Of a stretch of 64,000 bases of DNA, positions 8,812-17,870 are shown piece after piece; the first letter of the stretch is position 1, and each line of letters begins with the position of its first letter. Both the position numbers and the translations under genes were made by a program. The notes beneath the pieces are model-generated. The model saw only the letters and a list, made by a program, of their open reading frames with translations, was not told where the DNA came from and made no database searches. The stretch is from an uncultured bacterium (GTDB lineage: Bacteria; Hydrothermota; UBA3073; NMUJ01; CBEVQO01). Where the stretch lies: assembly GCA_965552055.1 (NCBI GenBank), contig CBEVQO010000002.1:1-64000 (forward strand). Reading direction: 5' to 3'.

Positions 8812-10485
8812 ATGAAGCTGCTAGAATGTGTTCCAAACTTCAGTGAGGGCAGGCGAAAAGAAGTTATAGACAGAATAGTTGAAGCAATCGATAGCGTAGA
8901 AGGAATCACTCTCTTAGATGTAGAACCGGGTGCCGCAACAAACAGAACCGTTGTAACATTCGTTGGAGAACCCGAGGCTGTGGTAGAAGCTGCATTCCGT
9001 GGCATCAAAACAGCAGCAGAGCTAATCGACATGCGACAGCACAAAGGTGAACACCCAAGAATAGGTGCAGCAGATGTATGCCCATTTGTGCCTGTAACCG
9101 GAATAACAATTGAAGAAGCAGTAAAACTGGCACATCAACTCGCAAAAAGAGTATGGGAAGAACTTAAAATCCCCGTTTACCTATACGAATACGCAGCTAC
9201 ATGCGAAGAAAGAAAAAAACTCGAAAATATTAGAGAAGGACAATATGAAGGTTTGCCGCAAAAATTAAAAGACCCACGATGGAAACCAGATTACGGAGAA
9301 CCCGTTTTTAACCCAAAATCAGGCGCAACAGTAATAGGCGTAAGGGATTTCTTAATTGCATACAATATAAATTTAAACACAAAAGATAGAAGATTAGCAC
9401 ACGAAATTGCATTAAATATAAGAGAAAGAGGCAGATTAAAAAGAGACGCTCAAGGAAATATAGTAAGAGATGAACAGGGAAACCCAATCAGAGTACCTGG
9501 CAGGCTAAAAGCAGTAAAAGCCGTTGGATGGTATATAGAAGAATACGGATGCGCTCAGGTATCCATTAATCTAACAAACTATAAAATCACCCCACTTTAT
9601 AAAGTATTCGAAACAGTATGTGAAGAGGCACAAAAATTGGGTCTAAGAGTAACAGGTAGCGAAATAGTAGGACTTGTGCCAAAAGAGGCAATCATAGAAA
9701 CTGGCAAATACTTTTTGAGAAAACAGGGTAAATCAGCAGGTTACCCAGAGGAAGAATTAATAGAAATCGCTATCAAATCTCTTGGACTGAATGAAGTTGC
9801 CGATTTTAATCCCGATGAAAAAATAATAGAATACAGAGTATTAAAGAAAAGAGGACCTTTAATGGAGAAGAAATGCTGGCAATTCATAAATGAAGTATCA
9901 ATGGACACTCCTACACCTGGCGGCGGAAGTGTGTCAGCACTCTGTGGCGCACTCTCATCTGCACTCACCGCAATGGTTGGAAATTTAACCTGTGGTAAAA
10001 AAGGCTACGAAAATGTAGCAGAAGAAATATCAAAACTCGCAGAAAAAGCACAGGAATTAAAAGATAAATGCCAAAAACTGGTCGATGAAGACACAGAAGC
10101 ATTTAACAAAGTTATGGACGCAATGAGATTGCCAAAGAAAACAGAAGAGCAGAAAAAATACAGAGAAGAAAAAATAGAAGAAGCAACAAAATTAGCAACA
10201 GAAGTACCATTAAAGGTTATGAAGACAGCAAGAGAAATCTTAAAAGTAGCAAAAGAAATCGGTGAAAAAGGAATGAAAGAAGCAATTTCGGATATTGGCG
10301 TTGCATCAGCATGCGCTTTAACAGCAGCAGAAGGAGCATATCTAAATGTGCTAATAAATTTACCAAATATAAAAGATGAAGAATTTAAAAAGAAAGTAAA
10401 AGATGAAGCAAACAAAATTTTGAAGGAGGTAAGAGATGAAAAAGAAAAGCTTTATAATTTCTGCATCAATAATATTCAGCTTTAA
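8812..10485 (+). CDS. ftcd: Glutamate formimidoyltransferase / formiminotetrahydrofolate cyclodeaminase fusion
   Basis: ECVPNFSEGR, HKGEHPRIGAADVCPF, C-terminal PTPGGGSVSAL cyclodeaminase domain. Confidence 0.95.
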   Translation: MKLLECVPNFSEGRRKEVIDRIVEAIDSVEGITLLDVEPGAATNRTVVTFVGEPEAVVEAAFRGIKTAAELIDMRQHKGEHPRIGAADVCPFVPVTGITIEEAVKLAHQLAKRVWEELKIPVYLYEYAATCEERKKLENIREGQYEGLPQKLKDPRWKPDYGEPVFNPKSGATVIGVRDFLIAYNINLNTKDRRLAHEIALNIRERGRLKRDAQGNIVRDEQGNPIRVPGRLKAVKAVGWYIEEYGCAQVSINLTNYKITPLYKVFETVCEEAQKLGLRVTGSEIVGLVPKEAIIETGKYFLRKQGKSAGYPEEELIEIAIKSLGLNEVADFNPDEKIIEYRVLKKRGPLMEKKCWQFINEVSMDTPTPGGGSVSALCGALSSALTAMVGNLTCGKKGYENVAEEISKLAEKAQELKDKCQKLVDEDTEAFNKVMDAMRLPKKTEEQKKYREEKIEEATKLATEVPLKVMKTAREILKVAKEIGEKGMKEAISDIGVASACALTAAEGAYLNVLINLPNIKDEEFKKKVKDEANKILKEVRDEKEKLYNFCINNIQL

Positions 10486-11314
10486 TCTTCTTGCTACTCC
10501 TTATGAATTATCCATAATCCCTGTTGGTGCACAGATAAGCGGAATAGGAGGTTTTTACACCACCTTATCACATAGTTCAGAAGCCGTTTTTTTAAATCCA
10601 GCAGGTACTTTTGGTAGCAAAGAGAAATATACTTTGTCTGCAAAAAACTATGTATTGGATATTTCTCTTTTCTCACTTTCTTATATTGTAAATGCAAAAA
10701 ACTTCTCCTGTGGAACCGGTATCAAGATATGTAATCTTGGAGGAATAATCGAAATGGATGAAAACGCAGATACACTCGGAAAAACTCTACCATTTTCAGC
10801 AGAGATTGCTTTCAATTACAGCCAAAAATTATCTCCTCTTTTTACAACAGGAGCAAATTTCAAAATATTTTATGAAAAATTAGCACGACATTATTATGGA
10901 GCAGCAATCGCAATAGATGCAGGAATACTATACACATTGCCAAAAATAATACTCGGTGCATACATCAAAAATCTCGGATTGACAGTTAAAAAATTTTATC
11001 AACAAAGGGAAAATTTACCACTTTGTCTGTGCGTTGGTGCAGAATACGAATATTCAAATTTCACCCACATAATAGCAAATTTAATATCTTATGATAAACT
11101 CTACTTCACTATCGGGCTTAAATCTCATCTCTCTCCTGCGTTTTCCGTCTGGATAGGTTATTCTTCTTTCCTATCCGACCTGAGAGAAGCAGAATTACCA
11201 TTCTCCGGCATATCAGCCGGTATACAGGCACATACCGAAAAAGGAAAACTCGGTTACAGTGTGGCAAATTGGGGGAACTTTGGCTGGATGCATGACATCT
11301 CTATCTCTTTCTGA
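10436..11314 (+). CDS. PorV/PorQ-like (UPF0164) outer-membrane beta-barrel protein
   Basis: Signal peptide, L.I.PVGA...G.GG...FLNPAG, DAGILY, NLG, C-terminal beta strand ending in F. Confidence 0.7.
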   Translation: MKKKSFIISASIIFSFNLLATPYELSIIPVGAQISGIGGFYTTLSHSSEAVFLNPAGTFGSKEKYTLSAKNYVLDISLFSLSYIVNAKNFSCGTGIKICNLGGIIEMDENADTLGKTLPFSAEIAFNYSQKLSPLFTTGANFKIFYEKLARHYYGAAIAIDAGILYTLPKIILGAYIKNLGLTVKKFYQQRENLPLCLCVGAEYEYSNFTHIIANLISYDKLYFTIGLKSHLSPAFSVWIGYSSFLSDLREAELPFSGISAGIQAHTEKGKLGYSVANWGNFGWMHDISISF

Positions 11315-12131
11315 ACTCGCATTGAAAATCAAAAAACTGCTTAAAGAAGCAGGTATTGAAAATCCAGAAATAGAAACAAAAATCATACTAAAAAAAACAC
11401 TTAATTTATCTGACATCGAAATTGCACTCATGGAAAAAGAAATATCAAAAGAAGACGAAGAAAAGGTGCTTAGAATCGCAAAAAGAAGAGTAAAAAGGGA
11501 ACCCCTGCAATACATCTTTGAAGAAACAAACTTTTTCGACCTTACATTAAAAGTGAAAAAAGGAATTTTTATACCCCGTCCGGAAACAGAAACACTTTGT
11601 GAAATAACAATAAATCTTCTAAAAGATAAAAAAAACCTGCTAATACTCGAAATAGGAACAGGAACAGGAGCAATAGCCATAACACTCGCAAAATATTTGA
11701 ACGCAAAAATCATAGCAACGGATATTTGCAACCTTAAAATCGCAAAAGAAAACATAAAAAAATATAATCTCGAAGAAAAAATAACCCTGATAAAAATGGA
11801 TATGCTAAATGCACTTAAAAAAGAAGAAATATTCGATGCAGTAATTTCAAATCCTCCCTACATAAAATCAGAAGATATAGAAAAACTACAGCCAGAAATC
11901 AAAGACTGGGAAAATAAAAAAGCACTGAACGGAGGAAAAAACGGCTTAAAATATGAAATAGAAATAATCAATAAAGCGAAAAATTATCTCAAAAAAGATG
12001 GTTTACTTTTACTCGAAGCAGACCCCAGAATAATAAATGAGATGAGAGAAATTGCAAAAAATTTATATAAAGATGTAAAAATTTATAAAGATTTAAGGGG
12101 TGATGAAAGGTTTCTGGTATGTAGAAATTAG
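11292..12131 (+). CDS. prmC: Release factor glutamine N5-methyltransferase
   Basis: REPLQYI, FIPRPETE, EIGTGTGAIA, SNPPYI. Start placed at ATG 11292. Confidence 0.93.
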   Translation: MTSLSLSELALKIKKLLKEAGIENPEIETKIILKKTLNLSDIEIALMEKEISKEDEEKVLRIAKRRVKREPLQYIFEETNFFDLTLKVKKGIFIPRPETETLCEITINLLKDKKNLLILEIGTGTGAIAITLAKYLNAKIIATDICNLKIAKENIKKYNLEEKITLIKMDMLNALKKEEIFDAVISNPPYIKSEDIEKLQPEIKDWENKKALNGGKNGLKYEIEIINKAKNYLKKDGLLLLEADPRIINEMREIAKNLYKDVKIYKDLRGDERFLVCRN

Positions 12132-12822
12132 TCATTTAACTTCGAAAATCCATAGATTTTACATATTTGGAGCAAGTGCTTATCTTATCGAGAAAAATGG
12201 TTATTTAGTTGCGATCGACACAGGATGGCTCGGAGGAGGCAAAATAATACTCCACAAAATCAAAAAAATGGGCTTCTCACCTAAAGATTTAAAAACAATA
12301 ATCTTAACTCACGGACACCCAGACCACATCGGTGGATTATATACCCTGAAAAAAGAAACAGGTGCAAAAGTGGCAGCTCATATAAAAGAAATACCCTATA
12401 TAGAGCTTCAGAATTCTTATATAAGAGGCATTGTAAAACTCGGAAAATATGTGGCAATGATTAAACCAGTAAAAGTTGATATACCATTAAAAGAAGGTGA
12501 CATAATCGAAGGTCTAAAAGTAATTCATACACCAGGTCACACAGAAGGCTCAATATGCCTTTATGATGAAGAAAATAAAATATTATTCAGTGGAGATGCA
12601 TTACAGGTAAAATTCAACCAATTTGCTTTACCACCATGGTATTACAATCACAATGTAGAAGATACTTTGAAATCAGCAATCAAAATTGGAGAACTCGATT
12701 TCGACATTTTATATCCCGGGAATGGTGGTTACATAATCGGAAATGCATCACAGAAAGTTAAAAATTTCTTAAAAGTTTTAAATGTTTACAGGAATAATAG
12801 AATACACAGGAAAAATAGTTGA
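12103..12822 (+). CDS. MBL-fold metallo-hydrolase
   Basis: IDTG, THGHPDHIGG, HTPGHT, FSGDA. Confidence 0.9.
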   Translation: MKGFWYVEISHLTSKIHRFYIFGASAYLIEKNGYLVAIDTGWLGGGKIILHKIKKMGFSPKDLKTIILTHGHPDHIGGLYTLKKETGAKVAAHIKEIPYIELQNSYIRGIVKLGKYVAMIKPVKVDIPLKEGDIIEGLKVIHTPGHTEGSICLYDEENKILFSGDALQVKFNQFALPPWYYNHNVEDTLKSAIKIGELDFDILYPGNGGYIIGNASQKVKNFLKVLNVYRNNRIHRKNS

Positions 12823-13363
12823 AGAAAGAAAAAAAGGAAAAGGTAAAATTTTAAAAATTGAATGCCCGGAGATAGCAAAAGAATTAAAAGAAGGAGAAAG
12901 TATTTCGGTGGATGGTGCATGCCTTACGGTTACAAATTTTGATGATAAAACTTTTGAAGTATTTTTATCACATGAAACTTTAAAAAGAACAAATTTTCAG
13001 AGAAACAGAAAAAATCAAATTGTAAATCTCGAATTACCCCTAAAGGTGGGCGATAGATTATCGGGACATATAGTGCAGGGACATGTTGATTGCACTGCAA
13101 AAGTGATAAGTATAAAAAAATTAGGGGAAGAAAAGGAAATAGAATTTATTTTGGATAAAGAATCGCATTTCATTTGCGAAAAAGGAAGCATAGCGATAAA
13201 TGGAGTGAGTATGACAGTAACAGAGGTGAAAGGAAGGAGATTCAAAGTAACAATGATACCCTATACTGCACAGAAAACGAATTTAAGTAAGTTAAAGACA
13301 GGAGATATAGTAAATATAGAATTCGATATAATAGCAAAATATCTTTATAAGTATAATTATTAG
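12782..13363 (+). CDS. ribE: Riboflavin synthase (alpha chain)
   Basis: MFTGII, VDGACLTV, GHIVQGHVD, KGSIAINGVS, VNIEFD. Confidence 0.96.
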   Translation: MFTGIIEYTGKIVEERKKGKGKILKIECPEIAKELKEGESISVDGACLTVTNFDDKTFEVFLSHETLKRTNFQRNRKNQIVNLELPLKVGDRLSGHIVQGHVDCTAKVISIKKLGEEKEIEFILDKESHFICEKGSIAINGVSMTVTEVKGRRFKVTMIPYTAQKTNLSKLKTGDIVNIEFDIIAKYLYKYNY

Positions 13364-13679
13364 CCCCTCCTCCCAGTCCCCACCTTCCCACATGCACACC
13401 CCTCGCTACAGGTCACAGACCTGACCCCGATGTGCTTCCTTACCCTCTTACCCGTAATTAATCAAATTTCCCAACCAAAACGCTCATACGCACACTCGCT
13501 CATATCACCTTAAAAATTCCCCGCACCCTATCCAAAACGCAATCACCACTCCTACCGCATTCCGCTTTTAAACTCTCATCAGCCAAAAAGTCCAAAGCAC
13601 CCTTCAAAACGCAGTCCCGCTTCAACCGCTCGGGGTGTGACAAAAGACCCTTATGTAATGCACTCGCTTCGCTCGTAAT
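13360..13679 (-). repeat. Dispersed structured element, subfamily B, copy 1
   Basis: Same terminal motifs as subfamily A; body homologous to 62371-62789; begins in the ribE stop codon. Confidence 0.85.
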
Positions 13680-13770
13680 AAAAACTTGACATTTTTTATT
13701 TTTGACTATATAATTATGATGCAAACTCTGAGGTATAATCCACCAATAGGATTTTAAAAGGAGGCGAGAT

Positions 13771-14679
13771 ATGTATATCAATTTGGTGGAGAACATTGCA
13801 AGAGCACCAGTTTGGGAAAAAGGAAAGTGGCGAATCTCTAAAAATGCCACAATGGTTGAATCATTAATAGGATTTTATGAAAAAGAATATTTGAAAATCT
13901 ACGGTGTTGGGCTGGGTGGAATTTATAAAATGCCCAAGCTTGAAATATATGCGGAACCAGAGATTCCAAAAAGGGAAATTAAGAAAGCAGTATATAACAT
14001 TCTTCAGGTAGAAATACCATTAGAAATTATAGATTGCAAAGGGATTCGAACTTACCAAAGTGTAAAGGTAGGAGATAAAGTGAAACACCAAAATCTCCAA
14101 GGCTATGGAACGCTTGGGGGATTTGTTGACGACATAGCTTCACCATATAGATTAGCTATTTCAAACAATCATGTTTTTGCTAATTGTAATAGAGCAAATA
14201 TCAACGACAACCTTGTAAAATTACAACCTAATATAGTTTTTGGTGGGCTTTACAGATTTGTTCCGCTGAAGAAGCCACCTTATGTCAATGAAGTAGACGC
14301 TGCTGTAGGATGGATATACGAGGGGCTAAATCTTGTATGGCGCCCTAGAAAACCCAGAAAAAGCGGTAATGCGTACAGAGGAATGAAAGTTTATAAATAT
14401 GGAGCCAGAACAGGGTATACTGAAGGGATTATAAAAGGTATCTTCGCTGCGCCTCAAGTAGACTATGGGCCTCCACTAGGGATATTGAATTTTAGAAGGT
14501 GTCTAAGAATAGAAGGGCTTAATGGTCCATTTTCTTTACCCGGAGATTCCGGAAGTTTAGTTGTTAGTAAGTCAGGGGTAGTAGTAGGATTACTTTTTGC
14601 TGGAGAGGTAACAGGTGCTTACTCATTTGCAAATCCCTTTACAATTGTTGAAAACCAATTGGGGGTAATTTTCACATGA
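13771..14679 (+). CDS. Trypsin-like serine protease (Nal1-like architecture)
   Basis: GTLG, SNNHV, VDAA, KYGARTG.T.G, GDSGS catalytic motifs; AGGAGG RBS; no signal peptide. Confidence 0.85.
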   Translation: MYINLVENIARAPVWEKGKWRISKNATMVESLIGFYEKEYLKIYGVGLGGIYKMPKLEIYAEPEIPKREIKKAVYNILQVEIPLEIIDCKGIRTYQSVKVGDKVKHQNLQGYGTLGGFVDDIASPYRLAISNNHVFANCNRANINDNLVKLQPNIVFGGLYRFVPLKKPPYVNEVDAAVGWIYEGLNLVWRPRKPRKSGNAYRGMKVYKYGARTGYTEGIIKGIFAAPQVDYGPPLGILNFRRCLRIEGLNGPFSLPGDSGSLVVSKSGVVVGLLFAGEVTGAYSFANPFTIVENQLGVIFT

Positions 14680-14900
14680 GAAAGAAACCCAACATAGAAA
14701 AAGTAATTGATAAATTGGCAAAGGAATGGTTAGGCAAAAAGGGAGTAATAAGTATAAGCGATAGCGAAATAAACGGAGAGTTATGTATCGTTTTCTTCGT
14801 GAATCAGCCTGAATTAGAAAGGGAACTCTATCCTTCTGAGGTAGATGGGTATAAGATAATAATAAAATCTTCGGGGAAAGTAGTAGCTCATAATGATTAA
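14676..14900 (+). CDS. Small hypothetical protein coupled to the protease
   Basis: 74 aa, ATGA overlap with protease stop; pattern KKGVISI...IVFFV...PSEVDGYKIII. Confidence 0.7.
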   Translation: MRKKPNIEKVIDKLAKEWLGKKGVISISDSEINGELCIVFFVNQPELERELYPSEVDGYKIIIKSSGKVVAHND

Positions 14901-14902
14901 CA

Positions 14903-14919
14903 CACTCGCTTCGCTCGTA
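14903..14919. repeat. 17-bp direct repeat of the element-B hairpin end
   Basis: CACTCGCTTCGCTCGTA is identical to 13661-13677. Confidence 0.9.
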
Positions 14920-14940
14920 TATGCCAAAAATAAAAAACGA

Positions 14941-14967
14941 TTGACATTTTCACACCACGATTATAAT
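14941..14967 (+). promoter_or_regulatory. Promoter TTGACA-N15-TATAAT, probably leaderless
   Basis: Perfect hexamers; ATG 5 nt after the -10. Confidence 0.8.
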
Positions 14968-14972
14968 TTCAG

Positions 14973-15293
14973 ATGAGAATATGGGAACATCCCATTCTCG
15001 AATTTAAAAGGGGCAAAAAAGTAAAAATTTATTTTGAAGGAAAAGAAATAGAAGCGTATGAGGGCGAAAGTGTAGCAGCTGCTCTCATTGCCTCGGGCAT
15101 AAAAGTTTTGCGATACAGCCCCAAAATGAAGCGCCCGAGAGGACTTTTCTGTGCAATAGGTAAATGCTCATCGTGTTTGATGGAAATCGACGGTAAACCA
15201 AATCAAATGGCATGCATGACAAGAGTAAAAGAAGGAATGCAAATAAGACGCCAGAAAGGCAAAGGCAATGTTAAATTAAATGAAAAAACTTAG
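14973..15293 (+). CDS. 2Fe-2S ferredoxin-like subunit (sarcosine oxidase/proline dehydrogenase alpha N-terminal type)
   Basis: GESVAAAL, RPRGLFCAIGKCSSC...C. Confidence 0.9.
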   Translation: MRIWEHPILEFKRGKKVKIYFEGKEIEAYEGESVAAALIASGIKVLRYSPKMKRPRGLFCAIGKCSSCLMEIDGKPNQMACMTRVKEGMQIRRQKGKGNVKLNEKT

Positions 15294-16365
15294 CACTCAA
15301 ATACTGGTGGTGGGTGCAGGACCTGCTGGCTTATCTTCTGCTATAACTGCCTGTGAACTCGGTGCAAAAGTACTTGTGTGCGACGAAAATCCAGAGCCAG
15401 GTGGCCAATTGATAAAGCAAACACACAAATTTTTCGGCGCAGAACAACATTATTGCGGAATCAGAGGAATAAACATAAGAAAGATATTGTATGAAAAGGC
15501 AAAAGAAAAAGGAGCAGAAATTTTATTGAACACTTCATGTGTTGGACTATACGAAGAAAAAGTTGCTTTACTTGTGCAAGATGAAGAATCTTTTGAGGTA
15601 AAATTTGACTGTGTGATAGTATCAACAGGTGCAAGAGAAAACATGCTTTTGTTCGATGGAAATGACTTACCCGGCATATACGGTGCAGGTGCTTTACAAA
15701 CCCTGATGAATGTTTACGGTGTGCTTCCCGGCAAAAAGATGTTGATGATAGGTTCGGGCAATATCGGGCTTATTGTAAGCTATCAGGCAGTGCAGGCAGG
15801 GATTGAAGTTGTTGGCATCGTTGAAGCTCTCCCCCACATTGGAGGTTATCTTGTGCATGCACAAAAAGTGAGACGCCTGGGTATTCCCATTTACACCTGT
15901 CATACGATAAAAGAAGCAATCGGCAAAGAACATGTAGAAGGTGCAATTATATGGCGGTTAGAAAACTGGAAACCGATAGAAGGAACAGAAAAAGAGATAG
16001 AATGTGACATAATTTGTCTTGCAGCGGGGTTAAGTCCGTCAATTGAACTTCTTGAGCAAGCCGGCTGTAAAATTGTTTATGTGCCTGAATTGGGCGGAAG
16101 AGTACCGTGGCATGATGAATTCATGGAAACATCACAAAAAGGAATATTTGTAGCAGGTGATGCATCAGGCATAGAAGAAGCAGTTACCGCTATTTTAGAG
16201 GGCAGGATAGCAGGTGCAGCTGCTGTAAACCGAATAAACCCCACAGTAAAAGCAGTAAAAATAATAAAAGAAACCCAAGAAGATATTGAGGAATTCAGAA
16301 AAGGACCATTTGGCGAAAAACCCAGAAAAGGCAAACAAAAACTCTTCTCCTTTACCTACATTTAA
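15280..16365 (+). CDS. FAD-dependent oxidoreductase (sarcosine oxidase/proline dehydrogenase alpha-like)
   Basis: GAGPAG, PGGQL.KQTHKFFG, TGARE, GNDLPG, AGDASGIEEA. Confidence 0.9.
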   Translation: MKKLSTQILVVGAGPAGLSSAITACELGAKVLVCDENPEPGGQLIKQTHKFFGAEQHYCGIRGINIRKILYEKAKEKGAEILLNTSCVGLYEEKVALLVQDEESFEVKFDCVIVSTGARENMLLFDGNDLPGIYGAGALQTLMNVYGVLPGKKMLMIGSGNIGLIVSYQAVQAGIEVVGIVEALPHIGGYLVHAQKVRRLGIPIYTCHTIKEAIGKEHVEGAIIWRLENWKPIEGTEKEIECDIICLAAGLSPSIELLEQAGCKIVYVPELGGRVPWHDEFMETSQKGIFVAGDASGIEEAVTAILEGRIAGAAAVNRINPTVKAVKIIKETQEDIEEFRKGPFGEKPRKGKQKLFSFTYI

Positions 16366-17542
16366 TCGGAATGTCAATTATATTCTCTCCACGTTTTACT
16401 GTGAGTACTATATTTTTGCTTCTACGAAGTTCTCGGATGACATCTTCTACTAATGAGCATCTCTTGCCATTTACTTTGACAATAACATCCCCTATTTTTA
16501 ATCCGTTTAAATATCCCGGATAATCTTTGTTAAGCGCTATAATTTTCGCACCTTCATCTGCTTGTTCCAGAATGCACCCTATTTTTATATTTTTTACATC
16601 AGCATAGTGTTCTTTTAGCCAAGGATAAGTCGATTCTATTTCTTCTAATTTATCTTTTACTCTCTCTGATTTTTCATCGAAAAATGAAAATAGGCTAAAA
16701 CCTATCGCCCCGAGCAGGGTTCCTGCGGCTAATAATGCTCCGCCTTCATCTCCAGCATAAGCTCCTCCTAAAATCATAAGGCACCCTATACATGACAAAC
16801 AGGAGGCTGATTGAAGGTTTTTTGAATAAACTTCATCTTTATGTTTTAATCTTACATAATTCCATAAAATATTAGATGGAGGAACTAATAAAATATTACG
16901 CTTAAAAATTTCCCCTTTATTTAAAACAACATGCATTAAAACTTCACTATAGCCTGACCTTTTTATTTCAATATCATAAGTACCCGGGGTAATACCACTT
17001 AATGAAATTGGTGTTATACCTACATATTTACCATTAATGAAAACTTTCCCTTTTACCCAATAAGTATCTATTTTTAATCCACATGACCAGAATGCTATTA
17101 TTTTTTCAGCAAGTTCATTTATTGCATCGAAGACATTATCTATTGAACTTTCCACTTCATATGTTTGCTCCACTTTTGCCTTTTCTATGTTGATTAAACG
17201 AGATGTTAATTTAAGTTTATATTCTCCTGCATCATATACCCCTCCTGCAACCATCATGTTAGCACCAAGCATTTTACCAATTTTCACCATCGTTTTTTCA
17301 TCAACGAGTCCACTCAATCCCAATTTCATCTCTCCAATTATTCTCTTAAGTTCTGCTCTCTCGACAACATCGATGTTCCCTTTCCCTCTCGAAGTTAAAG
17401 CCAGTGTCAGCAACTCAGGTATGCCTTTCGCCAATTCTTTTACTTTCATATTAGTGGAATAGCATTTAAAATCTGCGACTACTATCCGTGGCTTCTCAAA
17501 TCCTGTCTCCAAAATCAGTAGTAAAATCACCATACTCCACAT
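16352..17542 (-). CDS. CsgG/FlgO-like + PEGA + membrane helices + PDZ domain protein
   Basis: VVERAEL..IIGE..LG.SG...IGKMLGA, VFING..VG.TP...GTY.IEIKRSGY, GLKIGDVIVKVNG. Start placed at ATG 17542 after a G-rich RBS. Confidence 0.78.
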   Translation of the reverse strand: MWSMVILLLILETGFEKPRIVVADFKCYSTNMKVKELAKGIPELLTLALTSRGKGNIDVVERAELKRIIGEMKLGLSGLVDEKTMVKIGKMLGANMMVAGGVYDAGEYKLKLTSRLINIEKAKVEQTYEVESSIDNVFDAINELAEKIIAFWSCGLKIDTYWVKGKVFINGKYVGITPISLSGITPGTYDIEIKRSGYSEVLMHVVLNKGEIFKRNILLVPPSNILWNYVRLKHKDEVYSKNLQSASCLSCIGCLMILGGAYAGDEGGALLAAGTLLGAIGFSLFSFFDEKSERVKDKLEEIESTYPWLKEHYADVKNIKIGCILEQADEGAKIIALNKDYPGYLNGLKIGDVIVKVNGKRCSLVEDVIRELRRSKNIVLTVKRGENIIDIPIKCR

Positions 17543-17565
17543 ATATCCCCCCTTTATGCACATTC

Positions 17566-17590
17566 ATTATAATCGAAAAAAAAAAGTCAA
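17566..17590 (-). promoter_or_regulatory. Promoter-like site TTGACT-N13(poly-T)-TATAAT related to the cassette promoters
   Basis: Shares CATTATAATCG-A10 with 1686, 2679 and 30497. Confidence 0.55.
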
Positions 17591-17693
17591 GAAAAAATAA
17601 ATCGCTTGACAGACTTGTATTTTTCGGCATCTCTTACAGGAGACAAAATGCCATTAGAAAAAACTCATAAAGGACAAGCAAAAAACTATGATT

Positions 17694-17757
17694 GCATTAA
17701 AAATTTTAATACAAAGTTTAAAAATTTTGTTCTTGACATTTTGTTTTTTGTTATAAT
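17694..17757 (+). repeat. Remnant of element flank plus promoter
   Basis: GCATTAAAAATTTTAATACAAAGTTTAAAAATTT matches the reverse of ~62342-62376. AATTTTGTTCTTGACAT resembles the reverse of 30518-30534. Confidence 0.6.
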
Positions 17758-17840
17758 ATTACAAGATGAATTACGAAAAAAAGTAAACATAGGAATATGT
17801 GGAAATGCAAGTCCATAAAAAGGAAGTTAAAAGCATCAGC

Positions 17841-17867
17841 TTGACAAAGTAATGTTTTAAATAAAAT
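17841..17867 (+). promoter_or_regulatory. Promoter TTGACA-N15-TAAAAT (asnB)
   Basis: Direct reading; GTG start 3 nt downstream. Confidence 0.65.
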
Positions 17868-17870
17868 TAG

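Noticed and set aside
13360..13679. Elements as classical attC sites, MITEs or group II intron remnants
   Set aside because: No RYYYAAC/GTTRRRY pair in the right orientation, only weak AT-rich terminal symmetry, no clear target duplication, no domain V motif, and no integrase or transposase in the window.
17606..17818. 70-aa ORF between the PDZ gene and asnB
   Set aside because: It runs through a repeat remnant and promoter motifs with no recognisable domain, although an SD-ATG at 17648 could be a gene stub.
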